DNA of 64,000 nucleotides from the human T2T-CHM13v2.0 reference genome, Homo sapiens. The notes beneath the pieces are model-generated. The model did not search any database and was not told where the DNA came from. It saw only the letters and a list, made by a program, of their open reading frames with translations. Below, piece after piece: positions 13,796 to 27,762 of this stretch. The position numbers and the translations under genes are program-made. Numbering within the stretch: the stretch's first letter is position 1; each line of letters opens with the position of its first letter. The stretch lies in NCBI RefSeq assembly GCF_009914755.1, contig NC_060926.1; one strand, 5' to 3'.

Positions 13796-14046
13796 TTTTA
13801 CACATTGAATGAGAGAAGGTTCTTTTCTACTAGTTGTAGCCATGTGATATATCACAGCACAACTGAATCCCATTCATTTTTTCACTCCTGCTTGTCTGTT
13901 TCATTTTTTTCCCTTCATTATTTCCCTTTTTTCTGTGCAATATGGTTTTAACATAAATTCACATTCAGTATGTTTTTCTCTAAGACCTATTATTAACATG
14001 CTTAAATAGCAGTTAGAGAAATCTATTTTTTCTTCATGGTAGGTAC

Positions 14047-14130
14047 CTTTTTCTGGAAGAACTTCTGGTTTTTTGGTAACAGGCACAGGTTCTTTCTTTA
14101 CTGGAACAAGTTTCTTGGGCACCTCAGGCA
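14047..14130 (-). CDS. TTN: Exon 213 VPEVPKKLVPVKKEPVPVTKKPEVLPEK
   Basis: 84 nt, AG/GT. Confidence 0.93.
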
Positions 14131-14352
14131 CTTTGAAGATATTAGTTTTGTTTTAAAAATAGTATTTAAAAACATTTTAAAATATTAAGAATAAAAAACC
14201 TGTATTTATTGGAGCAGCATTAAAATTAATGAAAGCAAAATAAGGAAATTTTTGTCCTTAGTTATGCAACAACAATGAGGACAACTTATTGGATTCCACT
14301 TTAAGATATCAGAATACTTTCTTTTTTATGATGCCAACGATGAAGTGAATAC

Positions 14353-14430
14353 CTTTAGCTGCTGGTGTTTCTGGCTTCTTAACAGTTGGGACCTTCTTCA
14401 CTGGAACAACTTTCTTTGGCATCTCAGGTT
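14353..14430 (-). CDS. TTN: Exon 212 EPEMPKKVVPVKKVPTVKKPETPAAK
   Basis: 78 nt, AG/GT. Confidence 0.93.
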
Positions 14431-14615
14431 CTTTAAAGATATCAGTAGCATTTAATAATACAAAGTTGTGAGATGTAAGATATACATACAAGTTTATTCA
14501 ACACTGTAACATATAGGTAAGAGTTAACAAACATATAATACAACACAACACACAATAAGAAGAGTGTAAAATTGTAGACACCACAAAAATGAAGTATTCA
14601 TTTTAACATGAGTAC

Positions 14616-14693
14616 CTTTAGGAGGCGGTGCTTCTGGTTTTTTGATGACAGGAACTTTCTTCTCTGGGATGATCTTCTTGGGCTCTTCAGGCA
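14616..14693 (-). CDS. TTN: Exon 211 VPEEPKKIIPEKKVPVIKKPEAPPPK
   Basis: 78 nt, AG/GT. Confidence 0.94.
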
Positions 14694-14962
14694 CTTGAAT
14701 AATAGGAATTTCTTTTAGAATTAGGTGATTACAATGAAAAATTTAATGCTAATGAATGAATTAAAAACCACACATATTTCTTGGTATATGTGGGACCAAA
14801 TTCTGTGGGTCCAAAGTTTTATGTGTAGAAATAACTTTTGTTCTTAATGTAGTCAGATTTCAGGCAACAAGATACAAGACTGATATTTTGCCTTAAGGAA
14901 GATATATAGACATGAAAAATGAAATGACTGTATTTTCCCATACAGTGGATTCTGCTTTGTAC

Positions 14963-15070
14963 CTGCTGGAGGTGGAACCTCTGGTTCCTCCTCTTCTGCA
15001 ACAGGAACTGGCTTTTCCTCTTCAGGAGCAATTTCCTCTTCAGGAGCAATTTCCTCAGGTTCTTCATATA
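14963..15070 (-). CDS. TTN: Exon 210 VYEEPEEIAPEEEIAPEEEKPVPVAEEEEPEVPPPA
   Basis: 108 nt, AG/GT. Confidence 0.94.
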
Positions 15071-15549
15071 CTTTAAAGATATTAGTTAATTTTATTTCAA
15101 TGTATGGAACAATATTCTAAGATGGACAAACACTAAACACGATAAATAGTAATCTTGATTTCTTCCTTTGTTTCAATTGATACCTTCTCTTATTTTTGTT
15201 TAGATAAAATCTATCTCATTTGCACTGACTTCTTTGTCTATTGATTCAAATGCTTGCAAAGCCCTTTTAGTGTTTAATGTCATTTATAATCATTAGTTCT
15301 CCTGCCTTACTTTCTATGTACATTGGAGAAGCTTTGTTTAATATAGCTTACTATGACTTATGTAGATACTGTGGACCAATAACCCAAAATAGATTTGAGA
15401 TTGGAGCTAATTTAGAATGATGAATTAAGACAAATAATTAAAGGTTAGAAAATGACCAAGAAATAATGAGTTAGGAAGGAAGAAGAACAAAGCTTAAATT
15501 AGAAATAGTCGCAAGTGGCAAGGTCATTAATCACCGGTCTCACGTGTAC

Positions 15550-15633
15550 CTTCTGGGGGAGGAGACTCCGCTCTTTCTGGAACAGGAACAGCTGGTTTCT
15601 CTTCCAAGACAGGTTTCTTTGGCACTTCTGGCA
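15550..15633 (-). CDS. TTN: Exon 209 VPEVPKKPVLEEKPAVPVPERAESPPPE
   Basis: 84 nt, AG/GT. Confidence 0.94.
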
Positions 15634-16041
15634 CTTTAAAGATATTAATTCATTTTTCTTATGAGTAGTTGAGAAGTATATTAAATTTATACCACATCGA
15701 CTTCACATTTTGCTCAAATAACCCAGGGACAGATCCAAGAACAAATTTCACAATAAGGTCAGTGATCTGTCTTTGGACCCTCATATAGTGGGGAGGAAAA
15801 TATGGCCTATTAAGAATAAAAGAACCAAGTTAGTAAACTTTTCCAATGCTTGTAATAAGTAAATATATCACTTTTTAAAGTCAATGAAAAAATTATTAAA
15901 AAGTATTCAGACCCTAAAAATCCAGAATGACAGTTTTGTAGTTGCAAATTTAAGAGGACTCGCAAACAAAAGGTTTGATAATAGGTGACTTATTAGACAA
16001 GGGTGAGTGCTTTTCTGCAGAATCTCATTAGTGACATGTAC

Positions 16042-16119
16042 CTTTTGCTGGTGGGACTTCTGGCTTTTTGGGAACAGCTACTTTCTTTTCTGGAACAACT
16101 TCTTTTGGAACTTCAGGCA
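16042..16119 (-). CDS. TTN: Exon 208 VPEVPKEVVPEKKVAVPKKPEVPPAK
   Basis: 78 nt, AG/GT. Confidence 0.94.
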
Positions 16120-16251
16120 CTTCAAATATATTAGTATTTTAACATTAGAAACAATCACCAGTAAACATTCATCACATTTACACAGAACAAAACCCTTTTA
16201 GAAGCTGGGGGCTCCATCCGCCCCCATCAAACAGTGGACAGCCACATATAC

Positions 16252-16335
16252 CTTTAGCAGGTGGGGCTTCTGGCTTTTTGGGAACCACCAGAGGCACCTT
16301 CTTTTCAGGAACAACCTCCTTGGGCACCTCGGGCA
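16252..16335 (-). CDS. TTN: Exon 207 VPEVPKEVVPEKKVPLVVPKKPEAPPAK
   Basis: 84 nt, AG/GT. Confidence 0.94.
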
Positions 16336-16464
16336 CTATAAAAGATATTAGTAGTTGTTTAAGCTCATGGTTTCAATGAAATGTGAAAATCATGAAGCAG
16401 AACAGTAGAATATGACACTTCAAAGAAAGTTTTTTGTTAGGGAGTTAGTGGCAGTGAGGAATAC

Positions 16465-16548
16465 CTTTCACTGGTGGTAGTTCAGGTTTTTTGGCAACGA
16501 CAGCAGGTGCTTTCTTTTCTGGGACAGGTTTCTTAGGTGGTACGGTCA
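16465..16548 (-). CDS. TTN: Exon 206 VTVPPKKPVPEKKAPAVVAKKPELPPVK
   Basis: 84 nt, AG/GT. Confidence 0.94.
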
Positions 16549-16682
16549 CTAAAGAATTAGAAGGTATGTTTTAGAAAGAACGAAGATTGAGAAACAAGAC
16601 AAAAGCTCAGAGCACCCAGAATTATCAGGGCAGGAAGGGGAAAGAGTGGCCGAGGTGTCCTAGCAGCTTTCTTGCCATGTAC

Positions 16683-16766
16683 CTTGTGGAGGCGCCGCTG
16701 GCTCTGGCTCTTCCACAACTTCAGCAGGAGGCTCTTCTAGGGCAACTTCCTCAGGCTCCTCGAACA
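16683..16766 (-). CDS. TTN: Exon 205 VFEEPEEVALEEPPAEVVEEPEPAAPPQ
   Basis: 84 nt, AG/GT. Confidence 0.94.
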
Positions 16767-16894
16767 CTTTAAAGACATGAGCTCATTTTAATGCCAGAAT
16801 TGACTAAAACTGAGATAGTTTGCAAAAAAATGTTTTTACAACACTAAGGAAAGATTTTTTTAAAAAACACTAATTTGAATAGTTTCATTATTAC

Positions 16895-16978
16895 CTTCAG
16901 GGGGAGGACTTTCCGGTTTGGGAGGAATAGCTTCAGGCACCTTCTTTTCTGGGACAGCTACCTTTGGCACCTCTGGGA
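16895..16978 (-). CDS. TTN: Exon 204 VPEVPKVAVPEKKVPEAIPPKPESPPPE
   Basis: 84 nt, AG/GT. Confidence 0.94.
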
Positions 16979-17062
16979 CTTTAAAAGATATTATTATTTT
17001 CATTGTTAGACAAAGTAAAGACAAACAAACAATATCAAACACAGCACCATGAGGGTGTCTAC

Positions 17063-17146
17063 CTTTTGTGGGTGGCACTTCAGGCTTTTTAGGAGGAGGC
17101 ACTGGCACTTTCTTTTCAGGAACAACTTCTTTGGGAGCCTCAGGCA
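17063..17146 (-). CDS. TTN: Exon 203 VPEAPKEVVPEKKVPVPPPKKPEVPPTK
   Basis: 84 nt, AG/GT. Confidence 0.94.
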
Positions 17147-17256
17147 CTTGAAAGATAATAGTGAAATTACATTTAGGCATTATGAAGACCACTAGAAAAA
17201 TACTTTCCAGAGCAGAAGAGTTTGATCATCTGAAGCCTAAAATCAGTGACAAATAC

Positions 17257-17340
17257 CTTTAACAGGTGTGACTTCAGGCTTTTTAGGAGGAGCCGCTGGC
17301 ACTTTCTTTTCAGGAACAACTTCTTTCGGAGCCTCTGGCA
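17257..17340 (-). CDS. TTN: Exon 202 VPEAPKEVVPEKKVPAAPPKKPEVTPVK
   Basis: 84 nt, AG/GT. Confidence 0.93.
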
Positions 17341-17451
17341 CTTAAAAGATATTAGTGAAATTACATTTAGAAGTTATGAAGACCATTAGGAAAAATATTT
17401 TCAAGAGTAGAAGAGATAGATCTTCTGACGCTTAAACTCAATGACAAATAC

Positions 17452-17535
17452 CTTTAACAGGTGGGACTTCAGGCTTTTTAGGAGGAGCCGAGGGCACTTT
17501 CTTTTCAGGAACAACCTCTTTGGGAGCCTCTGGTA
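17452..17535 (-). CDS. TTN: Exon 201 VPEAPKEVVPEKKVPSAPPKKPEVPPVK
   Basis: 84 nt, AG/GT. Confidence 0.93.
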
Positions 17536-17646
17536 CTTAAAAGATATTAGTGAAATTACATTTAGGGGTTATGAAGACCACTAGAAAAAATATTTTCAAG
17601 AATAGAGGAGTTTGATCTTCTGAAGCCTAAAGCCAGTGACAAATAC

Positions 17647-17730
17647 CTTTAACAGGAGGGACTTCAGGCTTTTTAGGAGGAGCCAAGGGCATTTTCTTTT
17701 CAGGAACAACCTCTATGGGAGCCTCTGGCA
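17647..17730 (-). CDS. TTN: Exon 200 VPEAPIEVVPEKKMPLAPPKKPEVPPVK
   Basis: 84 nt, AG/GT. Confidence 0.93.
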
Positions 17731-17839
17731 CTTAAAAGATATTAGTGAAATTACATTTAGAAGTTTGAAGACCACTAGAAAAGTATTTTCAAGAAATGAA
17801 GAGTTCAGTCTTCTGAAGCCTAAAGCCAGTGACAAATAC

Positions 17840-17923
17840 CTTTAACAGGTGGGACTTCAGGTTTTTTAGGAGGAGTCACTGGCACTTTCTTTTCAGGAAC
17901 AACTTCTTTGGGAGCCTCTGGCA
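17840..17923 (-). CDS. TTN: Exon 199 VPEAPKEVVPEKKVPVTPPKKPEVPPVK
   Basis: 84 nt, AG/GT. Confidence 0.93.
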
Positions 17924-18036
17924 CTTAAAAGATATTAGGTAAAATTACATTTAGGGGTTATGAAGACCACTGGAACAAAATGTCTTCAACTGCAAAAGAA
18001 TTAGATCATCTGAAGCCTAAGGTCAGTGACAAATAC

Positions 18037-18120
18037 CTTTAACAGGTGGGACTTCAGGCTTTTTAGGAGGAGCCAAGGGCACTTTCTTTTCAAGGACAAC
18101 TTCTTTGGGAGCCTCTGGCA
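18037..18120 (-). CDS. TTN: Exon 198 VPEAPKEVVLEKKVPLAPPKKPEVPPVK
   Basis: 84 nt, AG/GT, block A. Confidence 0.93.
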
Positions 18121-18225
18121 CTTAAAAGATATTAGTAAAGTTACATGTAGAGCTATGGAGACTACTAGCAAAATATACAGCAGAGGAATTGGATCTTCTG
18201 AAGCTTAAGGTCAAATGACAAGTAC

Positions 18226-18306
18226 CTGTAACAGGTGGAACTTCTGGCTTTTTAGGAAGCACCAGTGTTTTCTTTTCTGGCACAATTTCTTGTGGGACTT
18301 CAGGCA
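18226..18306 (-). CDS. TTN: Exon 197 VPEVPQEIVPEKKTLVLPKKPEVPPVT
   Basis: 81 nt, AG/GT, block A. Confidence 0.93.
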
Positions 18307-18419
18307 CTTGAAAGATATTAGTAGTTTTTCACTTAGGTTAATGAGACAAATGGAGTAAAATATTTCTAAGATCAGAAGAGATATTTCTTCTGCAGAAAAA
18401 GGACAGGGGTAAAAAATAC

Positions 18420-18500
18420 CTGTGGCAGGTGGGGCTTCTGGTTTTGTGGGAGGAGCCTTAGGAACTTTCTTTTCTGGGACAACTTCTTGAGCTTCAGGCA
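18420..18500 (-). CDS. TTN: Exon 196 VPEAQEVVPEKKVPKAPPTKPEAPPAT
   Basis: 81 nt, AG/GT, block A. Confidence 0.93.
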
Positions 18501-18615
18501 CTTGAAAGATATTAGTAGTTTTAGACTTAAGTTAATGAAGAGAAATGGGCTAAAATTGTTTACAGTAGGAGAGGAGATATCTCTTCTGCAGAATGAAGTC
18601 AGGGCTAAAGTGTAC

Positions 18616-18696
18616 CTGGGACAATTGGAGCTTCTGGTTTTTTGGGTGGAGCCACGGGAATTTCTTTTTCTGCGGCTTCTTGAGGAACTTCTGGCA
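18616..18696 (-). CDS. TTN: Exon 195 VPEVPQEAAEKEIPVAPPKKPEAPIVP
   Basis: 81 nt, AG/GT, block A. Confidence 0.93.
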
Positions 18697-18810
18697 CTTG
18701 AAAGATATTAGTAGTTTTATACTTAGGTTAATGAAGAGGAATGGACTAAAATTGTTTTCAGGAATGGAAGAGAGATTTCTTCTGCAGGATAAGGTTGAGC
18801 TGACATGTAC

Positions 18811-18894
18811 CTGTAACTGCGGGGGCTTCTGGTTTTTTGATTGGTGCCTTGGGAATTTTCTTTTCTGGGACAACTTCTTGAGCAGCTTCAGGCA
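18811..18894 (-). CDS. TTN: Exon 194 VPEAAQEVVPEKKIPKAPIKKPEAPAVT
   Basis: 84 nt, AG/GT, block A. Confidence 0.93.
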
Positions 18895-19003
18895 CTTGAA
18901 AGATATTAGTATTTTTATAATTTATGAATGGCGAAGGTATATATTACAGTGATTGTGAGGGGTACAGACAGTAAGTTATTCTTAGAGGAGAGGGAATAAA
19001 TAC

Positions 19004-19087
19004 CTTTTGCACGTGGGGCTTCCGGTTTTTTGGGCACAGCCACAGATACTTTCTTTTCAAGTACAACTTCTTTAGGAGCTTCAGGAA
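19004..19087 (-). CDS. TTN: Exon 193 VPEAPKEVVLEKKVSVAVPKKPEAPRAK
   Basis: 84 nt, AG/GT, block A. Confidence 0.93.
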
Positions 19088-19240
19088 CTTTGAAGATATT
19101 AGTATCTTTTAGTTAGAAGCTATAAAGGGGGAATATCGACTCCACATTTACCCAAGCAAATACAACTTGTGAGATCGGCGGACACTTCTATACAGTCTTT
19201 CCCCAGGGCCCCCCGACTGACAATGTGTAATGATACCTAC

Positions 19241-19330
19241 CTTTAGGAGGTGGAGCTTCTGGCTTTTTGGCAGGAGGCACCGGTACTTTCTTTTCTGGGA
19301 CCACTTCCTTCGGTGGCAGCACTTCAGGCA
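19241..19330 (-). CDS. TTN: Exon 192 VPEVLPPKEVVPEKKVPVPPAKKPEAPPPK
   Basis: 90 nt, AG/GT, block A. Confidence 0.93.
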
Positions 19331-19540
19331 CTTCAAAGATATTTGTAATTTGTGTTTAGAAAAGGTGAAAATGATGGATGCCTTTTGCATATAAACACCC
19401 ACCAAGATATTTTGGATAGTGATTGACATTTGTTTTCTTTAGAATTATATCATCTTTATGTAGTAGGATTTTTAACATGTAATTTCCTAGTTAAAATAAC
19501 AGTTATTTTTCTCCTATAGTTTGTATAGCTTTGGCATTAC

Positions 19541-19624
19541 CTTCAGGGGGAGGACTTTCCGGTTTGGGAGGAATAGCTTCAGGCACCTTCTTTTCTGGGA
19601 CAGCTGCCTTTGGCACCTCTGGGA
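19541..19624 (-). CDS. TTN: Exon 191 VPEVPKAAVPEKKVPEAIPPKPESPPPE
   Basis: 84 nt, AG/GT, block A. Confidence 0.93.
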
Positions 19625-19707
19625 CTTTAAAGATATTAGTATTTTCATTATTAGACAAAGTAAAGACAAACAAACAATATCAAACACAGCAACAAGAGGG
19701 TGTCTAC

Positions 19708-19791
19708 CTTTTGTGGGTGGCACTTCAGGCTTTTTAGGAGGAGGCACTGGCACTTTCTTTTCAGGAACAACTTCTTTGGGAGCCTCAGGCA
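19708..19791 (-). CDS. TTN: Exon 190 VPEAPKEVVPEKKVPVPPPKKPEVPPTK
   Basis: 84 nt, AG/GT, block A. Confidence 0.93.
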
Positions 19792-19855
19792 CTTGAAAGA
19801 TATTAGTGAAATTACATTTAGGCATTATGAAGACCACTAGAAAAATATTTTCCAG

Positions 19856-22231
<2,376 letters not shown>

Positions 22232-22294
22232 AGAAAAATATTTTCCAGAGCACAAGAGATAGATCATCTGAAGCCTAAAATCAGTGACAAATAC

Positions 22295-22378
22295 CTTTAA
22301 CAGGTGGGACTTCAGGCTTTTTAGGAGGAGTCGAGGGCACTTTCTTTTCAAGGACAACTTCTTTGGGAGCCTCTGGCA
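22295..22378 (-). CDS. TTN: Exon 189 VPEAPKEVVLEKKVPSTPPKKPEVPPVK
   Basis: 84 nt, AG/GT, block B. Confidence 0.93.
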
Positions 22379-22483
22379 CTTAAAAGATATTAGTAAAGTT
22401 ACATGTGGAGCTATGGAGACTACTAGCAAAATATACAGCAGAGGAATTGGATCTTCTGAAGCTTAAGGTCAAATGACAAGTAC

Positions 22484-22564
22484 CTGTAACAGGTGGAACT
22501 TCTGGCTTTTTAGGAAGCACCAGTGTTTTCTTTTCTGGCACAATTTCTTGTGGGACTTCAGGCA
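22484..22564 (-). CDS. TTN: Exon 188 VPEVPQEIVPEKKTLVLPKKPEVPPVT
   Basis: 81 nt, AG/GT, block B. Confidence 0.93.
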
Positions 22565-22677
22565 CTTGAAAGATATTAGTAGTTTTTCACTTAGGTTAAT
22601 GAGACAAATGGAGTAAAATATTTCTAAGATCAGAAGAGATATTTCTTCTGCAGAAAAAGGACAGGGGTAAAAAATAC

Positions 22678-22758
22678 CTGTGGCAGGTGGGGCTTCTGGT
22701 TTTGTGGGAGGAGCCTTAGGAACTTTCTTTTCTGGGACAACTTCTTGAGCTTCAGGCA
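22678..22758 (-). CDS. TTN: Exon 187 VPEAQEVVPEKKVPKAPPTKPEAPPAT
   Basis: 81 nt, AG/GT, block B. Confidence 0.93.
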
Positions 22759-22873
22759 CTTGAAAGATATTAGTAGTTTTAGACTTAAGTTAATGAAGAG
22801 AAATGGGCTAAAATTGTTTACAGTAGGAGAGGAGATATCTCTTCTGCAGAATGAAGTCAGGGCTAAAGTGTAC

Positions 22874-22954
22874 CTGGGACAATCGGAGCTTCTGGTTTTT
22901 TGGGTGGAGCCACGGGAATTTCTTTTTCTGCGGCTTCTTGAGGAACTTCTGGCA
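22874..22954 (-). CDS. TTN: Exon 186 VPEVPQEAAEKEIPVAPPKKPEAPIVP
   Basis: 81 nt, AG/GT, block B. Confidence 0.93.
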
Positions 22955-23068
22955 CTTGAAAGATATTAGTAGTTTTATACTTAGGTTAATGAAGAGGAAT
23001 GGACTAAAATTGTTTTCAGGAATGGAAGAGAGATTTCTTCTGCAGGATAAGGTTGAGCTGACATGTAC

Positions 23069-23152
23069 CTGTAACTGCGGGGGCTTCTGGTTTTTTGATT
23101 GGTGCCTTGGGAATTTTCTTTTCTGGGACAACTTCTTGAGCAGCTTCAGGCA
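23069..23152 (-). CDS. TTN: Exon 185 VPEAAQEVVPEKKIPKAPIKKPEAPAVT
   Basis: 84 nt, AG/GT, block B. Confidence 0.93.
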
Positions 23153-23264
23153 CTTGAAAGATATTAGTATTTTTATAATTTATGAATGGTGAAGGTATAT
23201 ATTACAGTGATTGTGAGGGGTACAGACGATAAGTTTTTCTTAGCAGAGGAGAGGGAATAAATAC

Positions 23265-23348
23265 CTTTTGCACGTGGGGCTTCCGGTTTTTTGGGCACAG
23301 CCACAGATGCTTTCTTTTCAAGTACAACTTCTTTAGGAGCTTCAGGAA
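23265..23348 (-). CDS. TTN: Exon 184 VPEAPKEVVLEKKASVAVPKKPEAPRAK
   Basis: 84 nt, AG/GT, block B. Confidence 0.93.
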
Positions 23349-23501
23349 CTTTGAAGATATTAGTATCTTTTAGTTAGAAGCTATAAAGGGGGAATATCGA
23401 CTCCACATTTACCCAAGCAAATACAACTTGTGAGATCGGCGGACACTTCTATACAGTCTTTCCCCAGGGCCCCCCGACTGACAATGTGTAATGATACCTA
23501 C

Positions 23502-23591
23502 CTTTAGGAGGTGGAGCTTCTGGCTTTTTGGCAGGAGGCACCGGTACTTTCTTTTCTGGGACCACTTCCTTCGGTGGCAGCACTTCAGGCA
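23502..23591 (-). CDS. TTN: Exon 183 VPEVLPPKEVVPEKKVPVPPAKKPEAPPPK
   Basis: 90 nt, AG/GT, block B. Confidence 0.93.
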
Positions 23592-23801
23592 CTTCAAAGA
23601 TATTTGTAATTTGTGTTTAGAAAAGGTGAAAACGATGGATGCCTTTTGCATATAAACACCCACCAAGATATTTTGGATAGTGATTGACATTTGTTTTCTT
23701 TAGAATTATATCATCTTTATGTAGTAGGATTTTTAACATGTAATTTCCTAGTTAAAATAACAGTTATTTTTCTCCTATAGTTTGTATAGCTTTGGCATTA
23801 C

Positions 23802-23885
23802 CTTCAGGGGGAGGACTTTCCGGTTTGGGAGGAATAGCTTCAGGCACCTTCTTTTCTGGGACAGCTGCCTTTGGCACCTCTGGGA
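23802..23885 (-). CDS. TTN: Exon 182 VPEVPKAAVPEKKVPEAIPPKPESPPPE
   Basis: 84 nt, AG/GT, block B. Confidence 0.93.
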
Positions 23886-23968
23886 CTTTAAAGATATTAG
23901 TATTTTCATTATTAGACAAAGTAAAGACAAACAAACAATATCAAACACAGCAACAAGAGGGTGTCTAC

Positions 23969-24052
23969 CTTTTGTGGGTGGCACTTCAGGCTTTTTAGGA
24001 GGAGGCACTGGCACTTTCTTTTCAGGAACAACTTCTTTGGGAGCCTCAGGCA
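23969..24052 (-). CDS. TTN: Exon 181 VPEAPKEVVPEKKVPVPPPKKPEVPPTK
   Basis: 84 nt, AG/GT, block B. Confidence 0.93.
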
Positions 24053-24116
24053 CTTGAAAGATATTAGTGAAATTACATTTAGGCATTATGAAGACCACTA
24101 GAAAAATATTTTCCAG

Positions 24117-26492
<2,376 letters not shown>

Positions 26493-26555
26493 AGAAAAAT
26501 ATTTTCCAGAGCACAAGAGATAGATCATCTGAAGCCTAAAATCAGTGACAAATAC

Positions 26556-26639
26556 CTTTAACAGGTGGGACTTCAGGCTTTTTAGGAGGAGCCGAGGGCA
26601 CTTTCTTTTCAAGGACAACTTCTTTGGGAGCCTCTGGCA
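26556..26639 (-). CDS. TTN: Exon 180 VPEAPKEVVLEKKVPSAPPKKPEVPPVK
   Basis: 84 nt, AG/GT, block C. Confidence 0.93.
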
Positions 26640-26744
26640 CTTAAAAGATATTAGTAAAGTTACATGTGGAGCTATGGAGACTACTAGCAAAATATACAGC
26701 AGAGGAATTGGATCTTCTGAAGCTTAAGGTCAAATGACAAGTAC

Positions 26745-26825
26745 CTGTAACAGGTGGAACTTCTGGCTTTTTAGGAAGCACCAGTGTTTTCTTTTCTGGC
26801 ACAATTTCTTGTGGGACTTCAGGCA
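26745..26825 (-). CDS. TTN: Exon 179 VPEVPQEIVPEKKTLVLPKKPEVPPVT
   Basis: 81 nt, AG/GT, block C. Confidence 0.93.
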
Positions 26826-26938
26826 CTTGAAAGATATTAGTAGTTTTTCACTTAGGTTAATGAGACAAATGGAGTAAAATATTTCTAAGATCAGAAGAGA
26901 TATTTCTTCTGCAGAAAAAGGACAGGGGTAAAAAATAC

Positions 26939-27019
26939 CTGTGGCAGGTGGGGCTTCTGGTTTTGTGGGAGGAGCCTTAGGAACTTTCTTTTCTGGGACA
27001 ACTTCTTGAGCTTCAGGCA
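26939..27019 (-). CDS. TTN: Exon 178 VPEAQEVVPEKKVPKAPPTKPEAPPAT
   Basis: 81 nt, AG/GT, block C. Confidence 0.93.
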
Positions 27020-27134
27020 CTTGAAAGATATTAGTAGTTTTAGACTTAAGTTAATGAAGAGAAATGGGCTAAAATTGTTTACAGTAGGAGAGGAGATATC
27101 TCTTCTGCAGAATGAAGTCAGGGCTAAAGTGTAC

Positions 27135-27215
27135 CTGGGACAATTGGAGCTTCTGGTTTTTTGGGTGGAGCCACGGGAATTTCTTTTTCTGTGGCTTCTT
27201 GAGGAACTTCTGGCA
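27135..27215 (-). CDS. TTN: Exon 177 VPEVPQEATEKEIPVAPPKKPEAPIVP
   Basis: 81 nt, AG/GT, block C. Confidence 0.93.
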
Positions 27216-27329
27216 CTTGAAAGATATTAGTAGTTTTATACTTAGGTTAATGAAGAGGAATGGACTAAAATTGTTTTCAGGAATGGAAGAGAGATTTCTT
27301 CTGCAGGATAAGGTTGAGCTGACATGTAC

Positions 27330-27413
27330 CTGTAACTGCGGGGGCTTCTGGTTTTTTGATTGGTGCCTTGGGAATTTTCTTTTCTGGGACAACTTCTTGA
27401 GCAGCTTCAGGCA
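27330..27413 (-). CDS. TTN: Exon 176 VPEAAQEVVPEKKIPKAPIKKPEAPAVT
   Basis: 84 nt, AG/GT, block C. Confidence 0.93.
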
Positions 27414-27525
27414 CTTGAAAGATATTAGTATTTTTATAATTTATGAATGGTGAAGGTATATATTACAGTGATTGTGAGGGGTACAGACGATAAGTTTTTC
27501 TTAGCAGAGGAGAGGGAATAAATAC

Positions 27526-27609
27526 CTTTTGCACGTGGGGCTTCCGGTTTTTTGGGCACAGCCACAGATGCTTTCTTTTCAAGTACAACTTCTTTAGGAG
27601 CTTCAGGAA
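27526..27609 (-). CDS. TTN: Exon 175 VPEAPKEVVLEKKASVAVPKKPEAPRAK
   Basis: 84 nt, AG/GT, block C. Confidence 0.93.
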
Positions 27610-27762
27610 CTTTGAAGATATTAGTATCTTTTAGTTAGAAGCTATAAAGGGGGAATATCGACTCCACATTTACCCAAGCAAATACAACTTGTGAGATCGG
27701 CGGACACTTCTATGCAGTCTTTCCCCAGGGCCCCCCGACTGACAATGTGTAATGATACCTAC

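Larger units (their letters stand above)
17063..18120. repeat. Tandem array of about 195-bp exon+intron units (exons 203-198)
   Basis: Exon starts at 17063, 17257, 17452, 17647, 17840, 18037 with homologous introns (gaagaccactag...tctgaagcctaa...gtgacaaatacc). Confidence 0.93.

Noticed and set aside
17063-19100. Regular short conserved motifs with variable spacers resembling a CRISPR-like array
   Set aside because: The units are duplicated exon+intron modules with splice sites; the spacers are homologous to each other, there are no cas genes, and the DNA is human.
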